NCBI RefSeq assembly: GCF_018977255.1
Contig: NW_024704745.1
Coordinates: 48,608,001-48,672,000 of the forward strand
DNA length: 64,000 bases
Source: Callorhinchus milii
Lineage: Eukaryota
Direction of reading: 5' to 3'
The first letter of the stretch is position 1. Each line of letters begins with the position of its first letter. Shown here piece by piece: positions 63,140 through 64,000 of the stretch. The notes under the pieces were generated by a model that saw only the letters and a list, made by a program, of their open reading frames with translations, was not told the origin of the DNA and ran no database searches. Both the position numbers and the translations under genes were made by a program.

Positions 63140-63290
63140 AAACAAAAACAGAAGTCGCTTGGAACACTCAGCAGGTCAGGCAGCATCTATGGAGAAAGGA
63201 AAGTGAATCAGATGCTGCCTGACTTTCTGAGTGTTCCCAGCGACTTTTGTTTTTGTTTCAGATTTCCAGCATCTGCAGTATTTTGCATTT
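63140..63290. repeat. Palindromic repeat (49-bp arms, 21-nt spacer)
   Basis: 63140-63188 pairs with 63210-63258 with 4 differences; followed by cagatttccagcatctgcagtattttg. Confidence 0.85.
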
Positions 63291-64000
63291 TGTTTATACG
63301 GAGCAACAATTTACTTACTGTACCTGAAATAAACAGTTCTTCTGCTTCAACCAGGATTTGGTTTGGGAGCTGAAATCGTAACCAATAACTAGTATCAAAT
63401 AACTATGATTAGGAACTAACACAGTACACTCCTAATCATTACACTTCAGCTATCTCTTTCTGGGGCTCTGTAATCATACAATATTGAGAATCGCAAGTGA
63501 AAGTTATTTTTTTGGATTGGAACCAGATGACGTTTGAAGTCATCACAGAACAGCGTCAGGAGCAACAGGCAGAGTGTAACATCAGGGCTCCATAAAAATG
63601 TGAAGAGGAATTAAAGACATTTAAATATTTTAACCTGTTGTTATAATTGTCAATCGGTTCAGCCCATGTATCCTTTTCTTGTGGCAAAACTACCTTAAGA
63701 AAAGAAAATAACTTCACTGTGGAGCTGCTAAACGATTAGTATCAAATGTAAAATGTGTTGATAGAGAGCATTTTTTGGTATGAACTATTGATTTAGTAAA
63801 TGTATCATGATGGAGCCCAACACACTGACTTTAAGTTGGCAGGGACTTGAATTTATTCAGTTTCCCAAGCAGCATATTAAATCCTAGCCAGAATTGTGAG
63901 GAAACCGTGAGTAATTCCCACAGGAGAGTCATTCTAGGACACTGACTTTGGCAGATTATAACTAATTTACTCCAATTATATTGGAGACACTCAATTGATT

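Overview
Eukaryotic, repeat-rich vertebrate genomic DNA. The repeat content (CR1 and L2 LINEs, tRNA-headed and Deu-domain/SacSINE1-like SINEs) suggests a cartilaginous fish, possibly a chimaera; this is an inference. The window holds a complete 26-coding-exon importin-5 gene (IPO5) on the minus strand (50560 to 14896) with a CpG-island promoter, a U12 AT-AC intron, a GC-AG intron, and one exon that is 1 nt short (probably an assembly error). About 6.5 kb upstream of IPO5, on the same strand, is a divergent AID/APOBEC-family cytidine deaminase reading frame (57668 to 57079) with HAE and PCxxC motifs. The ORF track shows only its C-terminal 138 aa because a frameshift at about 57559-57563 separates the N-terminus. 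Its N-terminal half resembles lamprey CDA1 (WGYAxN motif) and its C-terminal half resembles AID/APOBEC. This is the best candidate for an undescribed system here. The rest is LINE/SINE fragments, several local direct duplications, and exon-like segments I could not assign.
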